Assembly (NCBI RefSeq): GCF_018609725.1 | Contig: NZ_JAHENT010000161.1 | Coordinates: 18,860 to 82,859 of the forward strand | Source: Methanohalobium sp. | GTDB taxonomy: Archaea; Halobacteriota; Methanosarcinia; Methanosarcinales; Methanosarcinaceae | Reading direction: 5' to 3' | Length of the DNA stretch: 64,000 nt | Shown: positions 19,528 through 29,336 of the stretch, piece after piece | Layout: the number at the start of each line of letters is the position of its first letter | How positions within the stretch are numbered: the stretch's first letter is position 1 | Notes under the pieces: model-generated | Databases searched by the model: none | What the model was told of the DNA's origin: nothing | What the model saw: only the letters and a program-made list of their open reading frames with translations | Program-made: the position numbers and the translations under genes

Positions 19528-20694
19528 ATGGGATTCATGGATAAGTTGGTGCTTTTTATCATATGCCTTGTTGCTTTTTTCGGAATGGCTGGCGGTGCAC
19601 TGATGGGGCCCGTGTTACCATCGATGGTCGAACCGCTTAATACATCCCGTGAAGCGGTTGGATGGGTGCTTGGTGTATATACGTTTTCTACCGCATTGTT
19701 TATGGTACTTTTAGGAGTGGTGACAGATAGAATAGGTCGCAAAAAAGTGCTCATACCCTGTCTTTTAATCAATGGTGTAGCTGGTCTAGCGGGTTATTTT
19801 GCACCAAACCTTCCAATACTTCTTGTATTCAGATTTATCCAAGGTATCGGTATTGCAGGCATGATGCCTGTGGTAATGACCATGATAGGCGAACTCTATG
19901 ACGGACTTGAAAGGGTTCATGCTATGGGCAGAATGAGCATGACCACAGCCGTAGGTTCGGTGTCTGCACCACTTATCGGAGGAACCCTTGCAGTTCTCGG
20001 GTGGAATTACCCCTTCCTGTTTTATGGGTTGACTATTCCTCTTGCATTTATAGCAATGCTTTTCTTGCCCGAAACCATGAACTCTAATCCAGAACAAAGA
20101 ACAGGTTTTAAAAAAATGTTCATGTCTCTCAAAGATATCAGAGTGGCATACACAGTGTTTTTAAGTTTTGCAGTATTCTTCCTTTTATACACAATTGTAA
20201 TTTATGTCCCATTTATATTGAAAGATAATTTTGGTTTTACATCACAGGGTGCAGGTCTGGCTCTTGGTGTACAGGGTGCTTCTATGGTAATATTTGCATC
20301 TCAAGCAAAACGTCTGGCATCAAAATATCCAAAATATACCATACTTGGGATAGGGTTCACACTACTGGGTATTGCAGTCGTGGGCATGTCTGGTGTTTAC
20401 TCTATACCACTGGTATTCCTATTATTGCTGGTTTTTGGTGTTGGTTTCGGGATGGTTCAACCGTTGCTAAACACACTTGTCACTCAGGTGGCTCCCAATG
20501 ATGCAATGGGGAGTGTTGTGTCACTATTTAATACAATGAAGTATGTCGGCCAAACTGCAGCACCTGCAGTACTTGGTGTAATACTGTTAAATTCCAACCT
20601 TGTTGTAGTCTTTATAGCCTCAAGTTTGCTGGGTTTTTGTGTTGCTATATCCACCTACATAATGAGACACAAAATCTATACAACAGACACCTGA
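19528..20694 (+). CDS. Major facilitator superfamily transporter
   Basis: GVVTDRIGRKKV motif A, FRFIQGIG, about 12 TM segments. Confidence 0.92.
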   Translation: MGFMDKLVLFIICLVAFFGMAGGALMGPVLPSMVEPLNTSREAVGWVLGVYTFSTALFMVLLGVVTDRIGRKKVLIPCLLINGVAGLAGYFAPNLPILLVFRFIQGIGIAGMMPVVMTMIGELYDGLERVHAMGRMSMTTAVGSVSAPLIGGTLAVLGWNYPFLFYGLTIPLAFIAMLFLPETMNSNPEQRTGFKKMFMSLKDIRVAYTVFLSFAVFFLLYTIVIYVPFILKDNFGFTSQGAGLALGVQGASMVIFASQAKRLASKYPKYTILGIGFTLLGIAVVGMSGVYSIPLVFLLLLVFGVGFGMVQPLLNTLVTQVAPNDAMGSVVSLFNTMKYVGQTAAPAVLGVILLNSNLVVVFIASSLLGFCVAISTYIMRHKIYTTDT

Positions 20695-20695
20695 A

Positions 20696-21799
20696 TCACT
20701 GCACAATCGTGAAAGGTACCAGTGTGAAGCAGAGAGCTCCAAGAACAAATGTGACAATTCCTACTGCAAGCCTTCCTTTATCAAGGTTTATACTGTCTTC
20801 AAGAGGTTCTGGATGTCCAACCATTGAGAAAAACGACAATATAAGCCCCCATACCAGCCATATAGAACCATTTTTATTTAATATATAATTCACATATATA
20901 CCGATTCCAAGAAGTAAAAACGGCATGACCGACGATATATATCTGGATTTATTACCAAACATTGCTTTTAATATATGTCCACCATCAAGCTGTCCTGCAG
21001 GAAGCAGATTCAACAGTGTAATAAACATACCTACCCATCCAGCAAAGGCAACCGGATGAATAGAGTTTCCAACTGTTCCTGTAAGTTCCATGAGAAATAA
21101 GAACAATGGTGGTAAGCCAAGTTCCAGCATAACGGATTGTTGTGTTGTCTGTGAGACGGGATTTAATGACAGCCCTACAATAGTTACAATTATTGACACC
21201 ACAAGTCCTATTATAGGTCCAGAAACCCCTACATCAAATAGAGATTTTCTGTCAGGTATCATCCCCCTGTGTTTTATAACCGCACCCATAGTTCCGATGA
21301 TTGTGGGAAATGGTATAAAATAGGGCAGTGATGTACGCATTCCATGCCATTTTGCAGCAAAATAATGTCCCATTTCATGTGAACCCAGTACAGCCATTAT
21401 TGCTACTGTAAAAGGAAGTCCTTTAACAATCTGTAATGGGTTGCCGGTTATATCCACACCAAACATCGTCGCTCCTGCAAACATAGTGGTAAAAAACGTA
21501 GCTACAGCTAAAGCCAGGTTGACATTAACATTTTCTTTTTTCTCCACATATGGAGTTGCTGCAATGATATGTTCTCCAAGTTCTGATTTGATATGGAGTT
21601 GATAACCCTTATTTGCAAAAAGTTTCCATAGACTCTTGTATATGGTTTTCAAGTCAAGTTTAGGATCACCGTAAAAATAAAGACTGCTATTGTGTCCTTT
21701 TCTAATTTCATATACATTAAACACAGGGTCTATATACTTATGCATTTCACTGATAAGGTTATCCTTTAATTGTTCCTTTCTATCTGTGTCCGATTTCAT
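20696..21799 (-). CDS. Site-2 protease, M50 family
   Basis: HEMGH and NLLPAGQLDGGH motifs. Confidence 0.93.
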   Translation of the reverse strand: MKSDTDRKEQLKDNLISEMHKYIDPVFNVYEIRKGHNSSLYFYGDPKLDLKTIYKSLWKLFANKGYQLHIKSELGEHIIAATPYVEKKENVNVNLALAVATFFTTMFAGATMFGVDITGNPLQIVKGLPFTVAIMAVLGSHEMGHYFAAKWHGMRTSLPYFIPFPTIIGTMGAVIKHRGMIPDRKSLFDVGVSGPIIGLVVSIIVTIVGLSLNPVSQTTQQSVMLELGLPPLFLFLMELTGTVGNSIHPVAFAGWVGMFITLLNLLPAGQLDGGHILKAMFGNKSRYISSVMPFLLLGIGIYVNYILNKNGSIWLVWGLILSFFSMVGHPEPLEDSINLDKGRLAVGIVTFVLGALCFTLVPFTIVQ

Positions 21800-21807
21800 A
21801 ATTAAAT

Positions 21808-22233
21808 TTAATTTTGATGATTATAGTTTTTTATCTCAATACATCCATTACTTCCATCAATTTTTACACGGCAACCGTTTTTTAAAAGCGTATATGGATC
21901 TCTATCAAGTTTGTCCACCAATGGTATACCGGATATAATAGCACCTACAGCTACAATAGGTTCAGATTCGATATTTATCATCGCAGCAGGAGCCACATCA
22001 TTTTTGCTCAACTGGTATAATACATAAGAACCAACTGTAGAACCTTTACCCTGCGGAAAAACAAGAACTTTATCCTTTATGGATTTGTTGTAAAGTTCGT
22101 GACCTGGTTCAACTACAATTCCGGTTTCTGGGTCTACGTTCCCCAGAAATGAGATAGAATCACCAGTAATAAGCACCTCTCCCTCTGCGAATCCTCTGGA
22201 TATCGTCCTGCAGTTAATTTTTGTTGTTTCTAT
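21808..22233 (-). CDS. Phosphomevalonate dehydratase small subunit (AcnX swivel, DUF126)
   Basis: SFLGNVDPETG, KGSTVGSY; conserved N-terminus (CRTISRG.AEGEV) lies upstream of the first GTG at 22176, so start placed tentatively at ATA 22233. Confidence 0.85.
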   Translation of the reverse strand: METTKINCRTISRGFAEGEVLITGDSISFLGNVDPETGIVVEPGHELYNKSIKDKVLVFPQGKGSTVGSYVLYQLSKNDVAPAAMINIESEPIVAVGAIISGIPLVDKLDRDPYTLLKNGCRVKIDGSNGCIEIKNYNHQN

Positions 22234-23410
22234 TGTTATCCCCCGCTTCCCTTATACAATCCATTATACTACCAAATTTTGAAGGTATTTTGCACATACC
22301 CGGAACATAATTTAATGCTTTGCCTGAATTAACCATCATCATATTGTAATTTTCGCTTGCTGGAGATACTATCATACAGGTGTCACAAACTACCATTGCA
22401 CCACTTTTTTCTATTCTGTCAATAATCTGTGAGTTTTTATCCGCAACCTCTCTGGAGGTGCATATCCATACATCCCTGTCAACCTGTTTATTATCCAGCA
22501 ACTGTGCAATGTATTCCAGTTCATCTCCCGAACAGTGCGGACATCCAAGGGCTATAATTTCATCACTGTTCTGGATGTCAGAATTTGTATTATAGACTTC
22601 CTGTATCTGGTCAGCTTCGATTGTTATATTTTCTGACGGCTGTTCAAACCCTATATTTTGGGTTTCAGGGGTCACCCCATCTACATGGTACAGAGCAACC
22701 GCACCAGTAGCAGCCATTGATGCTCCAAGTGCCTTCAACTCATCAGATGACGGTGTATTTTTCAGATGAAACAGTGGAACACGGTTACCCACCATCATTC
22801 CTGTCTGATACCCGAGTGCACCGTAATCAGAACCTGTAAGTTCGCACTCAACCGTTATGGACACATCAGGTATCCTGTTTTCATCCAGATGGTAGCCGTA
22901 ATTTGCTGTTTTTCCTATAAGTGCAGCAGACAGTGCTGAAGGTCCACCTTCTCTGTTTGTTCTTGCTCCAATAACCGAATTGGCATATGATACAGCAGAT
23001 GATTCACTCCATGCCAGATGGTCCCCATATTCTGTATCAAAGCCTTCAAGGTAATAGGGAGTACAGGTGCACTTAGTATTGACACCGAGTTTCCTGTAAG
23101 CATCAATAATCTCCTGCTGTTTTCTGGCAAAATCTTTTGATATGTCCATTTCATTCCAGTTTTCAAGGTCCATTCCCGCAGGATTCAGGATGGCAGGAAC
23201 TTTGACTTCACCTTCAAGGTCGGATATCCATTCAAGTCCTGCATCACCGATGGTTTTGTAGGATACACCTGCAATCTGGGCACTTTTTATAGGTATCAAT
23301 CCATCGGCATCATAGATGTCACCAAGAGCTACAAGAATCTCAATCGCCTTTTGAAGTGTTTCTCCGTGTTCTCCGTTTAATATTTGCTCTTCTTCTTTTG
23401 TAAGATGCAT
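22214..23410 (-). CDS. Phosphomevalonate dehydratase large subunit (aconitase X, DUF521)
   Basis: AQIAGVSYKTIG, CTCTPY, WSESSAVSYANSV.GARTNRE, LGCPH, DTC. Confidence 0.92.
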   Translation of the reverse strand: MHLTKEEEQILNGEHGETLQKAIEILVALGDIYDADGLIPIKSAQIAGVSYKTIGDAGLEWISDLEGEVKVPAILNPAGMDLENWNEMDISKDFARKQQEIIDAYRKLGVNTKCTCTPYYLEGFDTEYGDHLAWSESSAVSYANSVIGARTNREGGPSALSAALIGKTANYGYHLDENRIPDVSITVECELTGSDYGALGYQTGMMVGNRVPLFHLKNTPSSDELKALGASMAATGAVALYHVDGVTPETQNIGFEQPSENITIEADQIQEVYNTNSDIQNSDEIIALGCPHCSGDELEYIAQLLDNKQVDRDVWICTSREVADKNSQIIDRIEKSGAMVVCDTCMIVSPASENYNMMMVNSGKALNYVPGMCKIPSKFGSIMDCIREAGDNNRNNKN

Positions 23411-23428
23411 ATTTGGATGTCCTTGATG

Positions 23429-24694
23429 TTATTCAGGTATTCTGGCTCTTTCGAATTTTTCTGACTCTTTTAGTATTTTGGTTGCATCAAGTCCAATTTT
23501 AGTAGTGGTACCGTCTGATTCGCCTCTGGGGTCAAGTGAACTACCGCGTACATTGGAGACAGTTAAAATATCGGAATCACCCTTTAATCTGGTTGCAATT
23601 GCAAATTCAATGTCATCTGAATCAAAAATATCGATATCATTATCCACAACTACGACATGTTTCAGACTGCTATGTGCTGCAAATGCAGCCATGATTGCAT
23701 TTTTTCCATCCCCTTCTGTCTGTTTTTCAATCTGTACAACAGCATGTAAATAACAGCAACCACCCTCAGTAAGAACGACATTTTTAACAGTAGTAACCTC
23801 ATCAACAGCGTTATAGATTTTGGGTTCGTAGGGAACACCCATCATAAGAAGATGTTCAGCACCTGCTGGAAGAATTCCATGATATATTGGGTCTTTACGG
23901 TGCATGATTTTTGTAATGGTGATAACAGGTTCAGGTCTTACATGGTCGTAGGTTCCTGTAATATCTACAAAAGGACCCTCTTCAGCTCTTTCTTCAGGTT
24001 CAATGTAACCTTCAAGCACGATTTCAGAATGCGGTACTTTGATACCATTATCACATTTAAATAGTTCAATGGTGCCACCACGCAATGCTGCAGCATATTC
24101 AAATTCTTTACCGGTAGGTACACGTGTGGTCGATGCAAAACCAATTACAGGGTCTGCTCCAATTACAATAGCAACCGGTAAACGTTCACCATTTTCAGAT
24201 GCTTTTTTGTGAAGAATATAAGTATGTCTTGGTGGAACAAGGCGAGCAGCCAGTTTGTTTTTTCCGACGACCATAAGTCTATGGATGGATGCATTAGTAG
24301 TATCCCCATATTCTGACACCACAATCCCTGAAGTGATATATGGCCCACCATCCTTTTCAAAATGGGTCATTATGGGATATTTTGTAAGGTCTACCTCATC
24401 ATCAACGATTTGTTTTGTAGGTGATTCATCAACAATCCTTATTTCTCCATTTGGTTCTACATTTGAAAGTTTATGTATGATATTGTCCTTTGAAATATTG
24501 AATAAAGAGGCGAGTTCATCCCTTGAACCCAAAAGGTTCATAATTGCTTTATTGCCATCGATGTCATGGAACAATACTGGTGAACCAATATTTCTGGCAA
24601 TTTTTGGAGCTTCAAAGTTTCTGGATACAGGATATGTTATTTCTTCCAATTTTCCGTCGTTTTTGAGGCGGTCTATAAAATTTCTAAAACTCAT
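23429..24694 (-). CDS. UbiD-family decarboxylase, probably trans-anhydromevalonate 5-phosphate decarboxylase
   Basis: DGGPYIT, EGPFVDITG, VD.DIDIF..IEFA.ATR; co-oriented with the AcnX pair of the archaeal mevalonate pathway. Confidence 0.88.
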   Translation of the reverse strand: MSFRNFIDRLKNDGKLEEITYPVSRNFEAPKIARNIGSPVLFHDIDGNKAIMNLLGSRDELASLFNISKDNIIHKLSNVEPNGEIRIVDESPTKQIVDDEVDLTKYPIMTHFEKDGGPYITSGIVVSEYGDTTNASIHRLMVVGKNKLAARLVPPRHTYILHKKASENGERLPVAIVIGADPVIGFASTTRVPTGKEFEYAAALRGGTIELFKCDNGIKVPHSEIVLEGYIEPEERAEEGPFVDITGTYDHVRPEPVITITKIMHRKDPIYHGILPAGAEHLLMMGVPYEPKIYNAVDEVTTVKNVVLTEGGCCYLHAVVQIEKQTEGDGKNAIMAAFAAHSSLKHVVVVDNDIDIFDSDDIEFAIATRLKGDSDILTVSNVRGSSLDPRGESDGTTTKIGLDATKILKESEKFERARIPE

Positions 24695-24761
24695 TCTATC
24701 CTATCAATAAAAATCAGGTGAAACAATATATACATTGCCCCGTTAAAGTATCTTTATTTTT

Positions 24762-25649
24762 GAGTCCATTTCAAAACTTTAAGATTTTAATAATCCCTCA
24801 TACAATTTCTGTATGAGGGGAGTGAATGGAATTCAAAGAACTTACTGATGATCAATGGGAATTCATCGAACCTTATCTACCGCCGCAACCATCGACCGGC
24901 AGGAAGAGAGTTGATGACCGCAAGGTCATCAATGGTATACTCTTTGTACTGGTCACCGGTTGCCGATGGGGAGATATGCCCAGATGTTATGGTTCACCTG
25001 TGACTGCATGGAGACGATTGAAGACATGGTCACAGGATGGTGTCTGGGATGATATCATACAGGCACTACGCGATACCGCATACAGCAACGGTAACCTTTC
25101 GTTAGATACTGTATGTATTGACAGCAGTTTCATCGAGACCAAAAAAGGGGAGAAATAACACGATATAATGGTTACAAGAAGAGGAAGGGTATAAAACTCC
25201 ATGCGTGTGTAACCACTGATGGATTTCCTGTAGCATTAGTCGTCTCTCAGGGAAACGAACATGACAGTAAAAAGTTCGTTGAACTCATGGATTCAATCAA
25301 GATTAATACCGGGTCCAGACCCAGAACAAGACCTGATGAAGTATTGGCCGATTCGGCATACGATACATTAGATATCCGTGGATATCTAAGATTCAGATTG
25401 ATTAAAAGCAATATACCGGTGAATCCCAGAAATCAGAAAAGGAGGAGACGTGGAAGACCTACAAGATTTGAACCAAGGTCTTATCAAAAGAGAACTACTA
25501 TTGAACGGTTCTTTGCATGGTTGAAAATGGGGTTCAGAAAACTGGACAGCAGATATGAAAGATTGGATTCAGTATTTAAAGGGTTATTAAATATCGCATG
25601 TTTTATGTTATGCTGGAACAAGGTTTAAACCATGTTTTGAAATGAGTTC
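24762..25649 (+). mobile_element. IS5-family insertion sequence (~890 bp)
   Basis: Imperfect terminal IRs GAGTCCATTTCAAAAC / GAACTCATTTCAAAAC; possible TTT direct repeat. Confidence 0.9.
24826..25628 (+). CDS. IS5 transposase in two frames joined by a -1 shift at AAAAAAGGGG (25141-25150)
   Basis: ORF1 (LTDDQW..ILFVL.TGC.W.D.P..YG) ends TKKGEK; -1 frame continues GEITRYNGYKKRKGIKLH..LADSAYD..IERFFAWLK. Confidence 0.88.
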
Positions 25650-25739
25650 TTTATCTAATATATTAAGATTAGATATTGAATTAAACTTTATAGCAAGAAT
25701 TTTGTATCTCTCTGTTCTATAATTTATAGGGGGAATTAT

Positions 25740-25865
25740 ATGAAAATACTGACGATTTCTGATTTTCACGGTGAAACTGAGTTAATGAATAATCTTGTTG
25801 AAAAGATTGAGGAAAAATCACCTGAACTAATATTTTCAGGTATAAACGCTTTTTCTACTACATAA
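25740..25865 (+). pseudogene. N-terminal fragment of a metallophosphoesterase
   Basis: MKILTISDFHG (DxH motif) with GGGGG RBS, stops after ~41 aa. Confidence 0.6.
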
Positions 25866-26030
25866 CCCCCTACTACCATTGTTGGAAGAATCACTGCCAG
25901 AACAAATGCAGCTGCAACCCGTTTTCTATTTAAAGTTATACCTCCTCAAAATTTTAATTAAAAAGTTAGTTAATTTTGAAGACATGTAATACAAAAATAA
26001 AATATAATTGGTTAATGAGCCAATTATCAG

Positions 26031-26612
26031 TTAGTATTCTTCACATTTTACTTCGAAATAGTTGTACGGGTGGTCGCATGAAGGACATTTTTCAGGTGGT
26101 TCTGTACCGGTATGCACATATCCGCATTTGCGGCATACCCACTGCACTTCTTTATCCTTCTTGTACACTGTATTGTTTTCCAATTCTTTAAGAAGTTTTT
26201 TAAACCTCTCCTGATGATGTTTTTCAACCTCTCCGATTGCTTTTAACCTTTCAGCGATTTCTGTAAGGTTTTCTTTTTCAGCAGTATTGGCAAATTCAGG
26301 ATACATGGAAGTTGTTTCGTATTCTTCTCCTGAGATTGAATCCTTGAGATTGTCTATAGTACTTCCACAAACCGGAATGTCCACATCAAGGTTTACTTTG
26401 TCAGGACTGTCTCCACTTTTGCTTTTAAGTTCGTTTATTAACTTCATCATCCATTTTGCATGTTCGCGTTCATTTTCTGCGGTATTGAGAAAGATTTCAG
26501 ATATCTGTTCATATCCTTCTTCTTTTGCTACTTTTGCAAAATTAGTATATCGGTTTCTTGCAAGACTTTCACCTATAAAGGCTTTTGTCATATTTTCTAT
26601 GGTCTTTTCCAT
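26031..26612 (-). CDS. rbr: Rubrerythrin
   Basis: AFIGESLARNRY, ENEREHA, EKHH, CRKCGY..CPSCDHP. Confidence 0.95.
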   Translation of the reverse strand: MEKTIENMTKAFIGESLARNRYTNFAKVAKEEGYEQISEIFLNTAENEREHAKWMMKLINELKSKSGDSPDKVNLDVDIPVCGSTIDNLKDSISGEEYETTSMYPEFANTAEKENLTEIAERLKAIGEVEKHHQERFKKLLKELENNTVYKKDKEVQWVCRKCGYVHTGTEPPEKCPSCDHPYNYFEVKCEEY

Positions 26613-27117
26613 GATATCCCCCTTACTTAAACTATCCTACAATTGTATTATACTTTTCCCTTTATTTTTACATACACGGTTAAAACCATTACGGGTTATT
26701 ATTTTGTTATTTTGTAGTCATTAAATAACAATATATGTTCACAAAATTCCATTTATGAATAAAAATATGAACATAGATTATATCTATTTGTCCATTAATA
26801 TATACAGAGTGGAGATATAAAAACTAAATTATAAAATCTCCCTGAAAAAACGGAAAAACGGTTTGCTCCATTGTTGGATGGGCTCACTCCTCTTGCCCGT
26901 AAAACAAGTTGGATGGTGAAAAACGGAAAAACGGATGTTTAAGACTATACCCCCATAGTCTAATACCCCACTCCTCGTGAAACAGGGTAAATACCCTGTT
27001 TCCGACTATTCTTGCTCTTATTTTTAGAATAATAATTACACTAATTTTTATAGGACACCAAGGGGAAATTATATATATAAGAATATTGATGCTGTACTTC
27101 TTCATCAAGGATGCGGG

Positions 27118-27408
27118 GTGTACCACATGGATGACAAAAAAAAGAACTTAGATCACCTGCTCAAAAATCTCATAAGATATCGGAATGGGTACTTAGCGTT
27201 TGAAGAGCTGGAGTACAGCATCAAAAAAATGATCCACAAATCCAATTCAGAGTTTATAAAAGATGAATTACCCTGTATTCTCTATACAATAAGGTTCTAT
27301 CCTAACAGAATCGATATAATAAACAAAATTATTTCTTATATAGAAATTGAATTGTGGAATACAGAACTTAAACAATATTCACATGACCTGATTTACATGG
27401 GTCAATAA
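27118..27408 (+). CDS. Hypothetical protein
   Basis: 96-aa ORF with plausible composition; no family recognised. Confidence 0.5.
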   Translation: MYHMDDKKKNLDHLLKNLIRYRNGYLAFEELEYSIKKMIHKSNSEFIKDELPCILYTIRFYPNRIDIINKIISYIEIELWNTELKQYSHDLIYMGQ

Positions 27409-27435
27409 AAAATAAAAGATTAGAAGAGAAATAGA

Positions 27436-28410
27436 TTATCGCCTTTTCATCATCGCTGCACCGACTATTAACAGCAAACCAAACAGTGTAATCACTCCGG
27501 TTGTTGTTGTGGGTGCATCCTCTTCCAAATCCAATACTTCCAGATTCGTGTCCTCATACATTATATGGAGGTACGGTTGGTCCTGTTCGTTTGATAATTC
27601 ATATTGTGTGGGCACTGGTGAATCTTCAGGTCCTTCAGGAGTGACTTTTGTATTTGGCATCATTATATGGGTATCTATACCTTCATGCGGTAATTCACTA
27701 TCTGTCATGAGTTCGTAATTATCATCTCTTACATTTTCAGTTGTCATTACATGGAGCAACCGATTGTCACTGACAAGTGTTCCGTTTATATACAGTTCAC
27801 CTACACCCCAGAAGGCACCATATGTATAGACAGTTGGCATCAGCCGTGTACCATATCCTGTTGTACCATGCAGATATCCATCAACAATCACACCACCAAA
27901 GAATGAATGTGCTGGACCTACAGGGATTAGTTTCTTGAGTACAACCTTGTATTCATTTTCACCATCAGGACCAGTGAATTTGAATACCCCATTAGCTACA
28001 TCCTTTGATTGTTTGGTATCAAACGGTGTTTTGTCTATCATCTTGGTTTCAAACGAACCGCTTATTACTGCATGTTTATCCGAAAACCCTGTTGGAAATG
28101 CGGTTTCATTCCATTCAGTTCCATTGTTTTTGGTGGTTCTTTTATCAATAGGTACACCAATATCGTGTTCAAACCCCAGAGGTTTATCAGGTGTTCCAAA
28201 TATCTTCGGGTCAAGTTCTCTGGGTCCCGGTAAAATCCAGTGGACATCCTGACCCTCTTCCTGAGAGGCTTCTATGCCTTGACTTAGTTGCATCTGTTTT
28301 TTTTCAGTATTAGTAGCTGCTCCTGCAGAACTGGTTAAACCTGCAGCAAAACAGATGACAAGTAACAACGACACAAATAATACTTTTAATTTTTTTTTAT
28401 CAGCATCCAA
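27436..28410 (-). CDS. Secreted/surface protein with signal peptide and C-terminal TM plus basic tail
   Basis: N-terminal hydrophobic signal ending AGA; C-terminus APTTTTGVITLFGLLLIVGAAMMKRR. Confidence 0.85.
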   Translation of the reverse strand: MDADKKKLKVLFVSLLLVICFAAGLTSSAGAATNTEKKQMQLSQGIEASQEEGQDVHWILPGPRELDPKIFGTPDKPLGFEHDIGVPIDKRTTKNNGTEWNETAFPTGFSDKHAVISGSFETKMIDKTPFDTKQSKDVANGVFKFTGPDGENEYKVVLKKLIPVGPAHSFFGGVIVDGYLHGTTGYGTRLMPTVYTYGAFWGVGELYINGTLVSDNRLLHVMTTENVRDDNYELMTDSELPHEGIDTHIMMPNTKVTPEGPEDSPVPTQYELSNEQDQPYLHIMYEDTNLEVLDLEEDAPTTTTGVITLFGLLLIVGAAMMKRR

Positions 28411-28561
28411 ACTATTTATGGTATCTCCCCCATCATCTTATTAAAGATAGCATACAAAATAAAGCATGGATTTTATTTATAAAAAAGCGAAAAATAGATA
28501 CTAAAAATTGTTAAGGAAAAAAATGCACATATAAAACAGTAGCCAATTAGCTTAAAATGAG

Positions 28562-28635
28562 AGCCCCGGGCGAGATTCGAACTCGCGACCTAGTGATTAC
28601 AAATCACTCGCTCCTCCTGGCTGAGCTACCGAGGC
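28562..28635 (-). tRNA. tRNA-Thr (anticodon TGT), no intron, CCA not encoded
   Basis: GCCTCGG/CCGGGGC acceptor stem, AGTGA-TTTGTAA-TCACT anticodon arm, GTTCGAATC T-loop. Confidence 0.97.
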
Positions 28636-28709
28636 ATATATTTTTATTGGAGCGAACTATTATACAGACAATCATTGCACATAAATGTTATGGATGAAAT
28701 ACAATAAAT

Positions 28710-29270
28710 TTGGGTAATATGTGGCAGGAAATATCCAGAATAGGCAGAAAACTTGTAGAACACGGTCTTGTAGAATCACATTTTGGTAACATCAGTGTTC
28801 GTGTCGGAAATAAAATGATTATAACAAGAAGCGGTTGCCCTCTTGATGAGGTGACAGAAGGGAATGTGGTAGAAATTGATGTCGACAAGCCCTGCAGCAT
28901 GGATATTATAGGATCATCAGAATCCATTGTTCACCGGGAAATTTATAAAAATACATCAGCACTTGCTATAATCCACGCACATTGTCCTTATGCTGTCACA
29001 CAATCACTACTTAATGATAAAAAATCACTGGTACCAGTTGACAGTGAGGGAAAATATTTCCTCGATGAAATACCTGTTGTTGAAGGAGATATAGGCACAG
29101 AAAAACTTGCATACAACACAGCAGATGCACTGGGTAAATATAAAGGAACAATTGTTTACAGTCATGGTACATTTGCCGCTGGAAAAATTCTGGATGACGC
29201 CTATATAACAACAACCCAGATAGAACACTCCTGCAAAATAAAATACCTTTATGATATGGCTAAAAAATAA
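28710..29270 (+). CDS. Class II aldolase/adducin family protein
   Basis: FGNISVR, ITRSG, SSESIVH, IIHAHCPY, HGTFA.G. Confidence 0.9.
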   Translation: MGNMWQEISRIGRKLVEHGLVESHFGNISVRVGNKMIITRSGCPLDEVTEGNVVEIDVDKPCSMDIIGSSESIVHREIYKNTSALAIIHAHCPYAVTQSLLNDKKSLVPVDSEGKYFLDEIPVVEGDIGTEKLAYNTADALGKYKGTIVYSHGTFAAGKILDDAYITTTQIEHSCKIKYLYDMAKK

Positions 29271-29336
29271 AAAATGGATATAAATATTAATATTCTATTA
29301 TACAGTCCAATAAACAATTTGTATATGTGAGCAACG

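Noticed and set aside
26640-28561. Integrated element bounded by a duplicated tRNA-Thr 3' end
   Set aside because: No att duplication or integrase found in the window
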